Below, piece after piece: positions 41,068 through 50,756 of a stretch of DNA of 52,833 nucleotides. The position numbers and the translations under genes are program-made. The stretch is from Candidatus Micrarchaeota archaeon (GTDB lineage Archaea > Micrarchaeota > Micrarchaeia > Anstonellales > JAHKLY01): NCBI GenBank assembly GCA_020854825.1, contig JAHKLY010000005.1:1-52833 (forward strand). Reading direction: 5' to 3'. The notes under the pieces are model-generated. The model saw only the letters and a program-made list of their open reading frames with translations, ran no database searches and was not told the origin of the DNA. Each line of letters begins with the position of its first letter. The stretch's first letter is position 1.

Positions 41068-42296
41068 GTTACTCCAACAACCTCCCTATTATGTGTTGGA
41101 GGATATTCACTTTTATTAAAAACATATGCAGTTAAATTCGCACCTCTTAAACTACTTAAAAAATCATGATATTCTTTTGAAGTTTCACCTGCATAAAAAT
41201 CAATATCCAACACTCCATTTTCTAAAGTTATCCATGCGCCCCTATCTACAGCTTTATACCAACCATCATAATTTGAATTTCTAAACCCTTCAATATAAAT
41301 CCAAGAACCTAATGGAATTTCTTTAGGTACTGCAATTGTATAAAAAGGCACTGCTATTTCTCCTGGTTTAGCAACTAATGGTTTATCTCTTATAACTGAT
41401 TTACCATTGGATATCCAATTTAAATAAGTTCCATCCTTTAACTTAATGGTACCTTGCATATTTAAAGCAGATTCAACTGTTTTAAATCCAAATTTATGTA
41501 TTTCATTCTCATGAATAGTTAAATAAACTGTGGGGTGTATTCGTGAATATTTATAAATATACTCCTCTCTTAAAGGAGGAGAATTATGTAATTCTAGAAT
41601 ATTTTTTGGGATGTTAATAGGAGTTGAATAAATAGAATAAGTATTCCTAATTTTAATATACTCTTCGTCATCTGCAAGTATAAATTTCTTCCATTCCTCT
41701 AAGCTTTTAAAACTTTTCCAAAACCAAGGTAAATACGGATCTTTATAGAATTTTCTACCAGTTGGTGTTTTCATTTCAATTAAAACTCTTTTTACTTCAT
41801 TCTGATTATGGGAATATGAAATAGTAATTAATCTTGAATTTTTTTCATCCATATCCTCAAATCTTTCAATTAATTTTTTTGCGTTTTTTTCTGCTTCAGG
41901 ACCATAATTAGATATGGAACATTTTTCATCCCACCAACCTGGATATTTTTCTATCATATTTTCTAATTGTGCTTGTGTCTTAATATCCTCAATTTCTAGT
42001 TGAATTGCTAATTTTGCCTCTAAATCTGAATTTCTAAACATAGTAATATTAGAAAGTTCAATTTTTTCAACAGATAAAGAAAAAGAATTTATATTATTTT
42101 TTTCAGCCCAAATAGTTAAAGAAGGAAAAATAAAGTTTGGTGATGTGGAATCAAAAAAATTTCCATCTTTAAATAACAATACTCTTGACTCTTTTATTGG
42201 AGAACCAATATGATTAAATTTTATTAAAAAAATTTCATAATTTTGATTTAAATTTTCTTTAGTGGCTTCTTTAATTTCATTAAACTTTGGATTCAT
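41058..42296 (-). CDS. Protein with a C-terminal 3D (MltA-related) domain
   Basis: TIAVPKEIPLGSWIYIEG...YKAVDRGAWI...DIDFYAG. Confidence 0.7.
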   Translation of the reverse strand: MNPKFNEIKEATKENLNQNYEIFLIKFNHIGSPIKESRVLLFKDGNFFDSTSPNFIFPSLTIWAEKNNINSFSLSVEKIELSNITMFRNSDLEAKLAIQLEIEDIKTQAQLENMIEKYPGWWDEKCSISNYGPEAEKNAKKLIERFEDMDEKNSRLITISYSHNQNEVKRVLIEMKTPTGRKFYKDPYLPWFWKSFKSLEEWKKFILADDEEYIKIRNTYSIYSTPINIPKNILELHNSPPLREEYIYKYSRIHPTVYLTIHENEIHKFGFKTVESALNMQGTIKLKDGTYLNWISNGKSVIRDKPLVAKPGEIAVPFYTIAVPKEIPLGSWIYIEGFRNSNYDGWYKAVDRGAWITLENGVLDIDFYAGETSKEYHDFLSSLRGANLTAYVFNKSEYPPTHNREVVGVTYE

Positions 42297-42393
42297 ATTA
42301 TATGTATTATCTTATTCCTATTTAAAAGTTTCCACTAACAAATTAATTTTTCTTATCTTCATTTTAAGCTTACGCTAAGCTTTTATTAAAAAA

Positions 42394-42445
42394 ATGCGTA
42401 AGCATGAAAGAGGTAGTTTTTTTTTGAGACACCTCACTTGGGTAT
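42394..42445 (-). other. 3' arm of the pre-23S processing stem (pairs with 45402-45449)
   Basis: ATGCGTA..AAGAGGTAGTTTTTTT..TGAG..ACTTGGGTAT is an inverted repeat of 45402-45449. Confidence 0.8.
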
Positions 42446-42820
42446 AAACGGCTTTAGTGATGGTAGACTGAACATCTCGCGTGAGCTCAATGCTTACATC
42501 CCCATTCTATCAAAGTTATCTATTATAACCGCCTACTCCACCTAGTCTTGAGATAGACTTCGAGCTTAGATGCTTTCAGCTCTTATCCTATGATGCGTAG
42601 CTACTCAGCAATGCAATGTCACAACTGATAGACCAGAGGCATCGATCCAAGGTTCCTTTCGTACTTTTTGGACCTTCCTCTCAAGTGGAAACGCTCCCAG
42701 TAGATACTACCGTACTGTCTCGCGACGTACTGAACCCAGCTCATGTAGGCTTTTGATGGATGAACAACCCAACCCTTGGAAGCGAATGCACCTCCAGGAT
42801 AGCCTAAGCCGACAGCGATG

Positions 42821-42857
42821 TTTTAGTTAGGTGAGATATCGCTATGACTCACCTAAA
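42821..42857 (-). other. 37-nt BHB intron in the 23S peptidyl-transferase loop (about E. coli 2497/2498)
   Basis: GGT-TTGG-TA|T-TTAGGTGAG...CTCACCTAA-CTAA-AA|C-ATC forms a complete bulge-helix-bulge. Confidence 0.9.
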
Positions 42858-43380
42858 TACCAAACCGCGAGGTCGATGGGTACTCTCGCCCGCGACAAGT
42901 CGGTTACCCCCGGGGTAGCTTGTCTGACAGCTTGGGCCCTCATCAATAGGATTCCAAGGTTCGTTAAGCCCGACTTTCGTCTCTGCGTTTGATTTTGTTA
43001 GAAACGCAGTCAGTCCAACATTTGTCTTTGTCCCTTTAAGAAGGATTTCTGACCCTTCTAAGTTGAACATTGGGCACCCTTGTTACATTTTCGAGGGTGT
43101 ACCGCCCCAGCCGAACTACCCATCTGCTGCTGTCTCTTATTTAGATTAGACATACGCAGACTATTGAGTGGTGTTACATTGTTGCCTATCTACTAACCGA
43201 AACTAGTAGCATAACAGCTCCCACTTACGCTCTGCAACAGCCCACATATACCAACAACAAACTGTAGTAAAGCTCCACGGGGTCTTCTTTTCCCACTAGG
43301 AGTCCCCGGCATATTCACCGCGTAGTGAGTTCACCAGGCCCAAAGCAGGGACAGTGGGAGAGTCGTTACGCCATTCATGC

Positions 43381-43424
43381 TTTGGCAGAAAGAGTTTCAT
43401 AAATAAAATAAGGAACTCTCTCTT
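43381..43424 (-). other. 44-nt BHB-type intron in 23S near helix 71 (about E. coli 1963/1964)
   Basis: TGGC-TT|A-AGAGAGAGTT...AACTCTTTCT-GCCA-AA|G; removal restores GGCTTGCATGAATGG. Confidence 0.88.
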
Positions 43425-45640
43425 AAGCCACCAATTAAGCGGCGAGGTATTACGCTACCTTAAGAGCCTCAGAGTTAGGCCCGCTCTTTACTGGAGCTTT
43501 GCTCAGTTGAACCCGAGTTTAACTTACCAGCAGTGAGCAGACGTCAGCCACTATACTAGTCCTTACGGATTTGCAGTGACCTGTGTTTTTGATAAACAGT
43601 CGCTCCCCCCTTGTCACTGAGACCTGCCGTTCCGTTAAAAACAGCAGGCATGCCTTATACCAAAGGTACGACACTAACTTGCCGACTTCCCTTGCTTCGG
43701 TTACCCTGACACGCCTTGGCTTTTTCCGCCAGCAGCACCTGTACTGGTTCTAGGTACGATCATATGAAATCGAATATATTCTCTTTTCATGGACCCCAGG
43801 GCTTAACCATAATTTCTCCATTCAAAACTTTAGGCTATTTCTCCTCATAACAAGTCTCCATAGCCTTATATTCCTTAGTCTGGATCTCTCCAGTATGGTC
43901 TACCCCAAAGCGTCAAGAATATATCTAGCGTCACCGCATCTATTCACATGGCACAGGAATATTAACCTGTTTCCCTTTCGTTTGAAGGTGATTAGCCTCA
44001 AACTTAGGATCGGCTTACCCTTGTCTGATAATCGTTGACAAGGAACCCGAGTGCTATTCGGCGCCCAGGATTCTTACCTGGGTATTGCTGTTACTAACAC
44101 CAAGATATTCATAACTAATCGGTCCGCAAGACTTTTCAGCCTTGTTTCTACCCAATCAGTTCGCCTTCCTACCGGATTACATAAAGTTATTATGTACCCC
44201 AAGGTATCGGTACCTGGCTATAGCCCCGGACATTTTAAGAGGCTGCCCTCTCGGTCGGTCCGCTATTACGCGTTGGTTAAACGATGGCTGCTTCTAAGCC
44301 TACGTTCCGACTGTTTTGGAGAGGAACATCCTTTAGATTAACACTTAGCCAGAATTTAAGGACCTTAACCTCAGTCCTGGTCATTCCCATAATGGCCAAT
44401 CGGCTTACCCGACTGAACCCCACTCCTGTCTTCTACAGTGAAACCGGATTCGGAGTTTGACAGAAAGTTGAAGAATTTCTTCCCCGTGACTCTCAATCAG
44501 TGCTCTACCCCGGCATCAACCTCAGACAGGGCTGTGCTAAGACACACTTCGGAAGGAACCCGCTATTGCGAGGCTCGACTGGACTTTCACCCCTATACAT
44601 GGATCACCCGAGGAGGATAGACTACCACCGGTTGAAGGCCTCCACCGTCCGTCAAGACGACTTCACCTTGCCCACGCATAGATCGCACTCGCTTCGGGTC
44701 TTACAATAGTGACTAATCCCACTTTCACAGGATATCTCTCACTGCACAAGGCAGTTGCAGATTTTTGGTTTCCCTTTGACTCTCGTCTCGCCACTACCAT
44801 AAACTCCTTGGCCCTTGCTTCGAGAAGGACGATGCAACACTGGTAGCTTTTCCTTCGCTTTTGACATTACTGACAATTGCTTCTGGAAAGATCATTCCTT
44901 TCATGCTGCACCAAAATGTAACCTTACAGTTTCAGGTTCTTTTAACTCCCCTTTCGGGGTCCTTTTCAGCTTTTGCTCACGCTACTACTTCGCTATCGGT
45001 CTCAAGTTATGTTTAGAGTTAGGAGTTGATCCTCCTATATTCACACCTACGTTCCTGCAGATGCTACTCTTCTTCCCCCCTTCCATTTACTTTTATTTAC
45101 GGGGCTATCACCCTCTTTGGCTGTGCTTTTCCAGCACATTCAACTCCGCAAAAGGATAGTTGGGTTCCCACATGTCTTTTACATTACTGTAAAAGATTCA
45201 GGACGCTCTGTCTGGCTTTCAATCGCCTTTACTAACCAGATCGCTATTGCTTTCTCTTCCTCCGGCTACTAAGATGTTTCAATTCGCCGGGTATAAGGAG
45301 AATCCTAGGATCAAAGAATGCCTGCTTCTGCCCTAGGCTTTTCGCAGCTTGCCACGCTCCCTCTACTTGAGCCAAGCCATCCACTGTAAGGTATAAGTAA
45401 CATACCCAAGTTGGTATACTCACTAAAAAAACTACCTCTTCATACGCATTATCGCTGTAAACTTCCGAACAAGTTCGGAAGCGCGAATATAAGGCTCCTC
45501 ACAGTTGTTTGGATACCAGAAATCATCACGTCAAGCTGTAGCTGACGCTCAATTCTAAAATTTGTGCATCGCAACACTTCATTGAGTGCGCTGATGTCCC
45601 TTTCGGGAAAAACAAGTAACTATTTATTGAGTGTATCTCT

Positions 45641-45654
45641 TTTTAAAGGTTTCG
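45641..45654 (-). promoter_or_regulatory. Putative BRE-TATA promoter of the 23S gene
   Basis: CGAAACC-TTTAAAA upstream of a structured leader of about 200 nt. Confidence 0.55.
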
Positions 45655-45754
45655 ATTAAATCGTTGAAAAAAATAAAAATTAAAAAATTTTAAGATTAAT
45701 TTAACCTTTTAGTATATGTTATTAATTTATAATCTTAAATGTTTTTAATAGATT

Positions 45755-46150
45755 ATGTCGCATTTATCTTTTGAAACAAAAAAGCGCCTTAAAAAAGAAT
45801 TGGATAGACTTCTTTTAGATATTCAAAATGGTGAAATAATTGTTGAAGGAAAAAAAGACAAAAAAACGCTGAATAGTATTGGTCTAAAAAATGTGCATAC
45901 ATTACAAGGAGATTATAGGCGCGTAGTTAAAAAATTAAAAGAAAAAAAGGTTCAAAAAGTTTTTATTTTGACTGATTTTGACAGGCGCGGTGATGAATTG
46001 GCTGAAAAACTAAAAGACGAATTAATAGCACAAACTATTGATTTTGATTTGGAAAAAAGAAAGCGTTTAGGGGCTATCTTAAATATCAGATTTTGGGAAA
46101 ACGCAGATACAAACTTAGAACAATTTTTAGAAAAAATAAAAAAAGTTTAA
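45755..46150 (+). CDS. Small TOPRIM-domain protein
   Basis: IIVEGKKDKK and ILTDFDRRGDEL. Confidence 0.88.
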   Translation: MSHLSFETKKRLKKELDRLLLDIQNGEIIVEGKKDKKTLNSIGLKNVHTLQGDYRRVVKKLKEKKVQKVFILTDFDRRGDELAEKLKDELIAQTIDFDLEKRKRLGAILNIRFWENADTNLEQFLEKIKKV

Positions 46151-46217
46151 AAATGCAAACCCTTTTAAACTAAAAAAACACCAAAAATAACATATAATTA
46201 ATTCATTAGGGGATTAA

Positions 46218-46592
46218 ATGCCAAAATATAAAGACGTATCAATGAAAAGAGACTTTGAAGAAAACTTAAAAAAACATAGAAGATTAACTCGTACATTTCC
46301 AAATAAAATTAGAAATAATACTTTAATAGAAAATGGTACTATCTTTGCTTTTGATGGTCAAAATAAAATTAGATTAGGAAATATTTATGATACCAAATCA
46401 TATACTGTTAAAGAAATAAGACAATTAACAGCTAAAGCTGAAAAAGAAAATCTTAAAATATTTATAATTTGGAAAGACCCAAAAGTAATTAATAGTCAAA
46501 TATTTGGATTTTATCTAATAAAACCACTTAAAGGATTTGAAAGTTTGGGTTATGATCCTGATGAAATTAGGAAATTTGGAGGATTAATATAA
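46218..46592 (+). CDS. Hypothetical protein
   Basis: 124-aa ORF with AGGGG SD and an upstream TATA-like sequence. Confidence 0.6.
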   Translation: MPKYKDVSMKRDFEENLKKHRRLTRTFPNKIRNNTLIENGTIFAFDGQNKIRLGNIYDTKSYTVKEIRQLTAKAEKENLKIFIIWKDPKVINSQIFGFYLIKPLKGFESLGYDPDEIRKFGGLI

Positions 46593-46670
46593 CAGTAATT
46601 TTTTAATAAAACAATATTCTACAAAATGAAGAGATTAACTAAAAAAAAGAGTAGCTGAAAAAATAGTTTT

Positions 46671-46910
46671 TTACTCTTTTAGTAATTCTTCGATTTTAGG
46701 TTTGTTAAAACCAACTACCCATTTATCATCAATTTTCATCTGTGGAACTCCTTGCTGTCCTGTGGCGCGGATCATTTCCATTGCTGCATCCTGGTCTTCC
46801 CCAACATTTATTTCTTTAAATTTTACTCCTTTTTGTTTTAAGTAACTCTTTAACATAACACAGTAAGGACATGCGTTCGTTGAGTATACTATTATTTTTT
46901 TATCTGCCAT
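46671..46910 (-). CDS. Glutaredoxin/NrdH-like protein
   Basis: CPYC, GQQGVP, VVGFN; GAGGTG SD before ATG 46910. Confidence 0.92.
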   Translation of the reverse strand: MADKKIIVYSTNACPYCVMLKSYLKQKGVKFKEINVGEDQDAAMEMIRATGQQGVPQMKIDDKWVVGFNKPKIEELLKE

Positions 46911-46921
46911 ACTAAACACCT

Positions 46922-47326
46922 CTACTCTATAGGTTTAATTAAAACCGATTTTATTTTTTCTTTTTTGCTTATTTTATATAGTTTTTTATCACAAGTTAAT
47001 AAACCTAGTGAATATTTTTTAGCTAAATAAATATAAGCTGAATCATAAAATGTTATTTTATTATTAATTGCAATATTTAAAATGCTTTTCATATCAAATG
47101 GATAAATTCTTATCACTCTTTCCCAATTTTGTAAAACATTAAAAATATTTTCAAGATCTTTTTTACAAAATTCTGTTTTCTTTTTTAATAAATTACAATG
47201 TTTCCATAACACATTTCCTATTTCATAAAATGTTAAATCTATTATAAAATAGTCAGTATCTAGTTTCTTTGTTTTTATTAATTCATAAAAAGCACTTGTA
47301 TCATAAATATACATTCTATCTTTCAT
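46922..47326 (-). CDS. vapC: PIN-domain VapC toxin
   Basis: YDTSA, YEIGNVLWK, ITFYDSAY, LLTCDKKL. Confidence 0.9.
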   Translation of the reverse strand: MKDRMYIYDTSAFYELIKTKKLDTDYFIIDLTFYEIGNVLWKHCNLLKKKTEFCKKDLENIFNVLQNWERVIRIYPFDMKSILNIAINNKITFYDSAYIYLAKKYSLGLLTCDKKLYKISKKEKIKSVLIKPIE

Positions 47327-47543
47327 CTCTTGTTCTTCTTATTTCTTTTACAAGATCTTTTGTTGAAAGTTTTTTTGCAGAATCTGATGCCTTATTTAAT
47401 AATTCTTGGAATTTTTCTTGTTTTTCTTTTTCAAGTTTTTCAATTAAAGCTGCTCTCACGGTTTCAGAAATATTTATATCTAATTCTTTACATTCTTCTA
47501 AAATTGAACTATTAACTCTTGCAGTTAGTATTACATCTTTCAT
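47316..47543 (-). CDS. vapB: VapB/CcdA-like antitoxin
   Basis: INISETVRAAL (RHH-like), LVKEIRRTRDER; overlaps vapC. Confidence 0.8.
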   Translation of the reverse strand: MKDVILTARVNSSILEECKELDINISETVRAALIEKLEKEKQEKFQELLNKASDSAKKLSTKDLVKEIRRTRDER

Positions 47544-47579
47544 ATTACATATTTTGTATATACATATTTATAAAATTAA

Positions 47580-48812
47580 CTATCCCATCCATGTATTATA
47601 GAGTTCTTCAAATGTATTTTCATTAATTGAAGCACGAATTTCTTTCATTAAATTTAAAATAAAATACAAATTATGGTAAGTTGCAATGCGCTTTGCTGAA
47701 TATTCATTCACATCAAATAAATGATGTAAATAAGCGCGTGAATACATTTTACACATTTTGCAATTGCAGTTTGGATCTAATGGTCTATTATCATTGTCAT
47801 ACCTCGCATTGCTTACACGATATCTAAATTTATTCTCTTTATTTCCAATTGTTTTTTCTTCATTTTTATCTGTTTTTGTTTCTTCACTGTCAGGCCCAAC
47901 ATAAATATATCCTGTTCTTGCAATCATTTGAGGACCAACACAATCAAATAAATCAATTCCTCTTTTAACACCTTCAAAAATATCTTCAATTGTTCCTATT
48001 CCTAATAAATGTCTAGGCTTATCTTCACTACCATTTTCATTAATAAAAGGATAAATCCAATCTAAAACTTCATTCATTTCCCTTTTTCCAAATGAACCTC
48101 CTATCCCTATTGCATCACAATGTTCATTTACAAATTTAGCGCTTTGTTCTCTTAAATCTCTATATTTTCCGCCTTGAATAATTCCAAAAAGCAATTGATC
48201 ACTTTCTAATTTTTTATGTTCAGAAACACATTTTTTTAACCATCTATGTGTTCTTTCCATACTTTGTTTTGTATATTCATAATCTGCAGAAGGCGGAGAA
48301 CATTCATCAAATGCAAAAATCATATCTGCACCTAATTGTTTTTGAATTTGTATTGATTTTTCAGGAGTAAAAAAATGTTTATCTCCATTATAAACAGATT
48401 GAAAATGAACTCCTTCTTCCGTAACTTTTGCTATTTTATTTTTAACATGTTTTGAATCTTCTTGTTCTTTTGTCATATATTCAAATTTAGAAGCTCCCAA
48501 TTCAGCTCCCAATCCTAATGAAAAAGCTTGAAATCCTCCAGAATCTGTCATTATTGGTTTTTTCCAATTCATAAACCCACGTAAACCCTCATATCGTTCT
48601 ATTAAATCTGAAGTTGGTTTTAAAAATAAATGATATGTATTACACATTAAAATCTGCGAACCCATTTCTAATAAATCTTCATTTGTCATTGTCTTTACTG
48701 TCGCTCTAGTGGCAACTGGAGCAAAAGCAGGAGTTTCAACTACCCCATGTTTTAAACTAAGTATGCCTGTTCTAGCTTTATTTTGTTTATTTAAAATATT
48801 AAATTCATTCAT
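47580..48812 (-). CDS. tgt: Bacterial-type tRNA-guanine(34) transglycosylase
   Basis: NTYHL, TDSGGFQ, FDEC, GIIQGG, HLLGIG, FDCV, CNCKMC, YLHHL, HNL; 410 aa with no archaeal PUA extension. Confidence 0.9.
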   Translation of the reverse strand: MNEFNILNKQNKARTGILSLKHGVVETPAFAPVATRATVKTMTNEDLLEMGSQILMCNTYHLFLKPTSDLIERYEGLRGFMNWKKPIMTDSGGFQAFSLGLGAELGASKFEYMTKEQEDSKHVKNKIAKVTEEGVHFQSVYNGDKHFFTPEKSIQIQKQLGADMIFAFDECSPPSADYEYTKQSMERTHRWLKKCVSEHKKLESDQLLFGIIQGGKYRDLREQSAKFVNEHCDAIGIGGSFGKREMNEVLDWIYPFINENGSEDKPRHLLGIGTIEDIFEGVKRGIDLFDCVGPQMIARTGYIYVGPDSEETKTDKNEEKTIGNKENKFRYRVSNARYDNDNRPLDPNCNCKMCKMYSRAYLHHLFDVNEYSAKRIATYHNLYFILNLMKEIRASINENTFEELYNTWMG

Positions 48813-48881
48813 AAAGTAATATGTTATATAGATTATTTAATAAACGTTTTATTTTTTGAAAGATAGTTTTATTTTATAAAC

Positions 48882-48919
48882 GTTTGATATATCAAACAAT
48901 CATTTGATGTATCAAATGA
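48882..48919. promoter_or_regulatory. Two tandem palindromes between the divergent tgt and rubrerythrin genes (candidate operator)
   Basis: GTTTGATATATCAAAC and TCATTTGATGTATCAAATGA, centres 20 bp apart. Confidence 0.55.
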
Positions 48920-48995
48920 AGAAGCAATAGAAACTTATAAATAATTTGCCTTTATTAGTATTATACTACTTTTATATTAAATTGAGGTGATATAA

Positions 48996-49592
48996 ATGCA
49001 AAAAACTTTAGAAAATTTAACCAAGGCGTTCATAGGAGAAAGCCAAGCAAGAAATAGATATACAATGTATGCTTCTACTGCGAGAAAAGAAGGATATCAA
49101 CAAATATCTGAGATATTTACAATTACTGCAGATAATGAAATAGAACATGCAGAATGGTTATGGAAAATGATCAAACAAATTAAAAAAGATTTAAAAATGA
49201 CTAATGAAGAAATGGACAAACCTATGATAGTTGAAGCTGATTCTCCTCAAATATGGGAAACAACTTTAGATAATTTAAAATCAGCTGCTGATGGAGAAAA
49301 TCATGAATTTGAACAGATGTATCCTTCATTTGCACAAACAGCCGAAGAAGAAGGATTAAAGGATGTTGCAGTAAGATTAAGAGCAATAGCTAAAGCTGAA
49401 CAACACCACAGAGATAGATTTAGAAAATTAATAAAAGAAGTTGAAAATAATACTGTATTTAAAAAAGATGCGCCTGTTATGTGGTTCTGCAGAAAATGCG
49501 GATATTGGTATGAAGGCCCAAAAGCACCAGAAAAATGCCCATCATGTGGACATGACCAAAGTTATTATCAAAGAATGTGTGAAGAATACTAA
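48996..49592 (+). CDS. rbr: Rubrerythrin
   Basis: AFIGESQARNRY, EIEHA, GENHE, EQHH, CRKCG...CPSC. Confidence 0.95.
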   Translation: MQKTLENLTKAFIGESQARNRYTMYASTARKEGYQQISEIFTITADNEIEHAEWLWKMIKQIKKDLKMTNEEMDKPMIVEADSPQIWETTLDNLKSAADGENHEFEQMYPSFAQTAEEEGLKDVAVRLRAIAKAEQHHRDRFRKLIKEVENNTVFKKDAPVMWFCRKCGYWYEGPKAPEKCPSCGHDQSYYQRMCEEY

Positions 49593-49663
49593 CCGAATAA
49601 AAACCGAAATATATATATCTCCTTCTTTTATTTTTTATAATTAAATAAAAAGAGGTTGATTAA

Positions 49664-50206
49664 ATGAAAAAAGCTATGATTGTATTTGCTTTATTTGTAT
49701 TAAGTGCATTTTTAATGTTTGGATGCACAAACCAAGAACAAACAAATTGTGTTTATGATGAAGAAACATGTGCAGAGTTTATTACTGATTGCCCAGAATG
49801 CGCAGTTTGCCAAGAATGTGAAGTTAGTAATTTTGAATCTGGTTATTTCATAAAATGGGATAAAATAGAAGAGTGTAGTGAATCAGACTTTTCAAATACA
49901 AAAAAAATAACTTTTGACAGAAATTACGATGGAAGACTTCAGTTAGATGTTACCATCACTTTAAATTGTGGCAATGAGGAATTAGTTGGAATATATACTG
50001 TTTATAATGATACAATTGATATATTTCTTTATAAAAAAGAAATTGGAAATATGATAACAGATTGTAACTGTGGACACAAATATTTCTTAAAGTTTGATTA
50101 TTTAGATAAAGAATTAATTGAAAATGGGGAAATCCAAATTGAATATACTCTCAAGAACTATAATATCTACTATGAAAATGAATTAATTGAATCCGGAGAA
50201 ATCTAA
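49664..50206 (+). CDS. Predicted Cys-rich lipoprotein
   Basis: MKK, hydrophobic stretch, LMFGC lipobox; NCG and CNC motifs. Confidence 0.7.
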   Translation: MKKAMIVFALFVLSAFLMFGCTNQEQTNCVYDEETCAEFITDCPECAVCQECEVSNFESGYFIKWDKIEECSESDFSNTKKITFDRNYDGRLQLDVTITLNCGNEELVGIYTVYNDTIDIFLYKKEIGNMITDCNCGHKYFLKFDYLDKELIENGEIQIEYTLKNYNIYYENELIESGEI

Positions 50207-50245
50207 TTCTTCTTTTTTTATTTCTTTTTATTTTTTATCATAAAT

Positions 50246-50665
50246 TTATTTTTTTCCCAGCGCATCATTTACTAATTTGTCTGCACGCTGTTGGTATTTG
50301 TCATCGCGCTTGACGTGTTTGTATTCTACTTTTTTAAACTGGCCTTCTGTCCATTTTAAGCGCTTAAAGAGAGGTTTCATATTTAGCGCTTTAACTTGAT
50401 ATTCTTCTATTGCTTGTTTTTGAACTAATTCGCTGTCTAAATAGCATATTACATGCCCATTTGTATAATTAAGCGCTAATTCCAATCCTTTTATAAGCGC
50501 TTTATACTCTGCTTCATTATTTGTAGCTTTTCCTATTTTTCTTTTAAATACTTCTAAAACATCTCGATCCTCATTTTGAACAACTATACCAATTGCACCT
50601 GGTCCTGGGTTTCCACGTGCACCTCCATCTGTATTTAGTACAATTTTATTAATAACATTAATCAT
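50246..50665 (-). CDS. rnhA: Ribonuclease HI
   Basis: TDGGARGNPGP, TNNEAEY, DSELV, ADKLVN. Confidence 0.93.
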   Translation of the reverse strand: MINVINKIVLNTDGGARGNPGPGAIGIVVQNEDRDVLEVFKRKIGKATNNEAEYKALIKGLELALNYTNGHVICYLDSELVQKQAIEEYQVKALNMKPLFKRLKWTEGQFKKVEYKHVKRDDKYQQRADKLVNDALGKK

Positions 50666-50756
50666 ACTTTAATATTTGCCCCGTTTATTTATAAATATTA
50701 GTTATTTAATTTTATTTAATTTAATTATAATTTAATTTAAATTAAGGTGACTAAAA

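Larger units (their letters stand above)
42436..45411 (-). rRNA. rrl: 23S rRNA gene, stand-alone, with two BHB introns
   Basis: Conserved segments GAATTGAAACATCTTAGTA, AAGGTAGCGTAAT, GAGCTGGGTTCAG, AGTACGAAAGGA (sarcin-ricin loop); ends approximated from the terminal helix. Confidence 0.96.

Noticed and set aside
42849-45235. Short ORFs within the 23S gene
   Set aside because: Chance ORFs in GC-richer rRNA sequence
50700-50745. AT-only ATTTA repeats
   Set aside because: Low-complexity DNA in the divergent rnhA/queH promoter region, with no further structure
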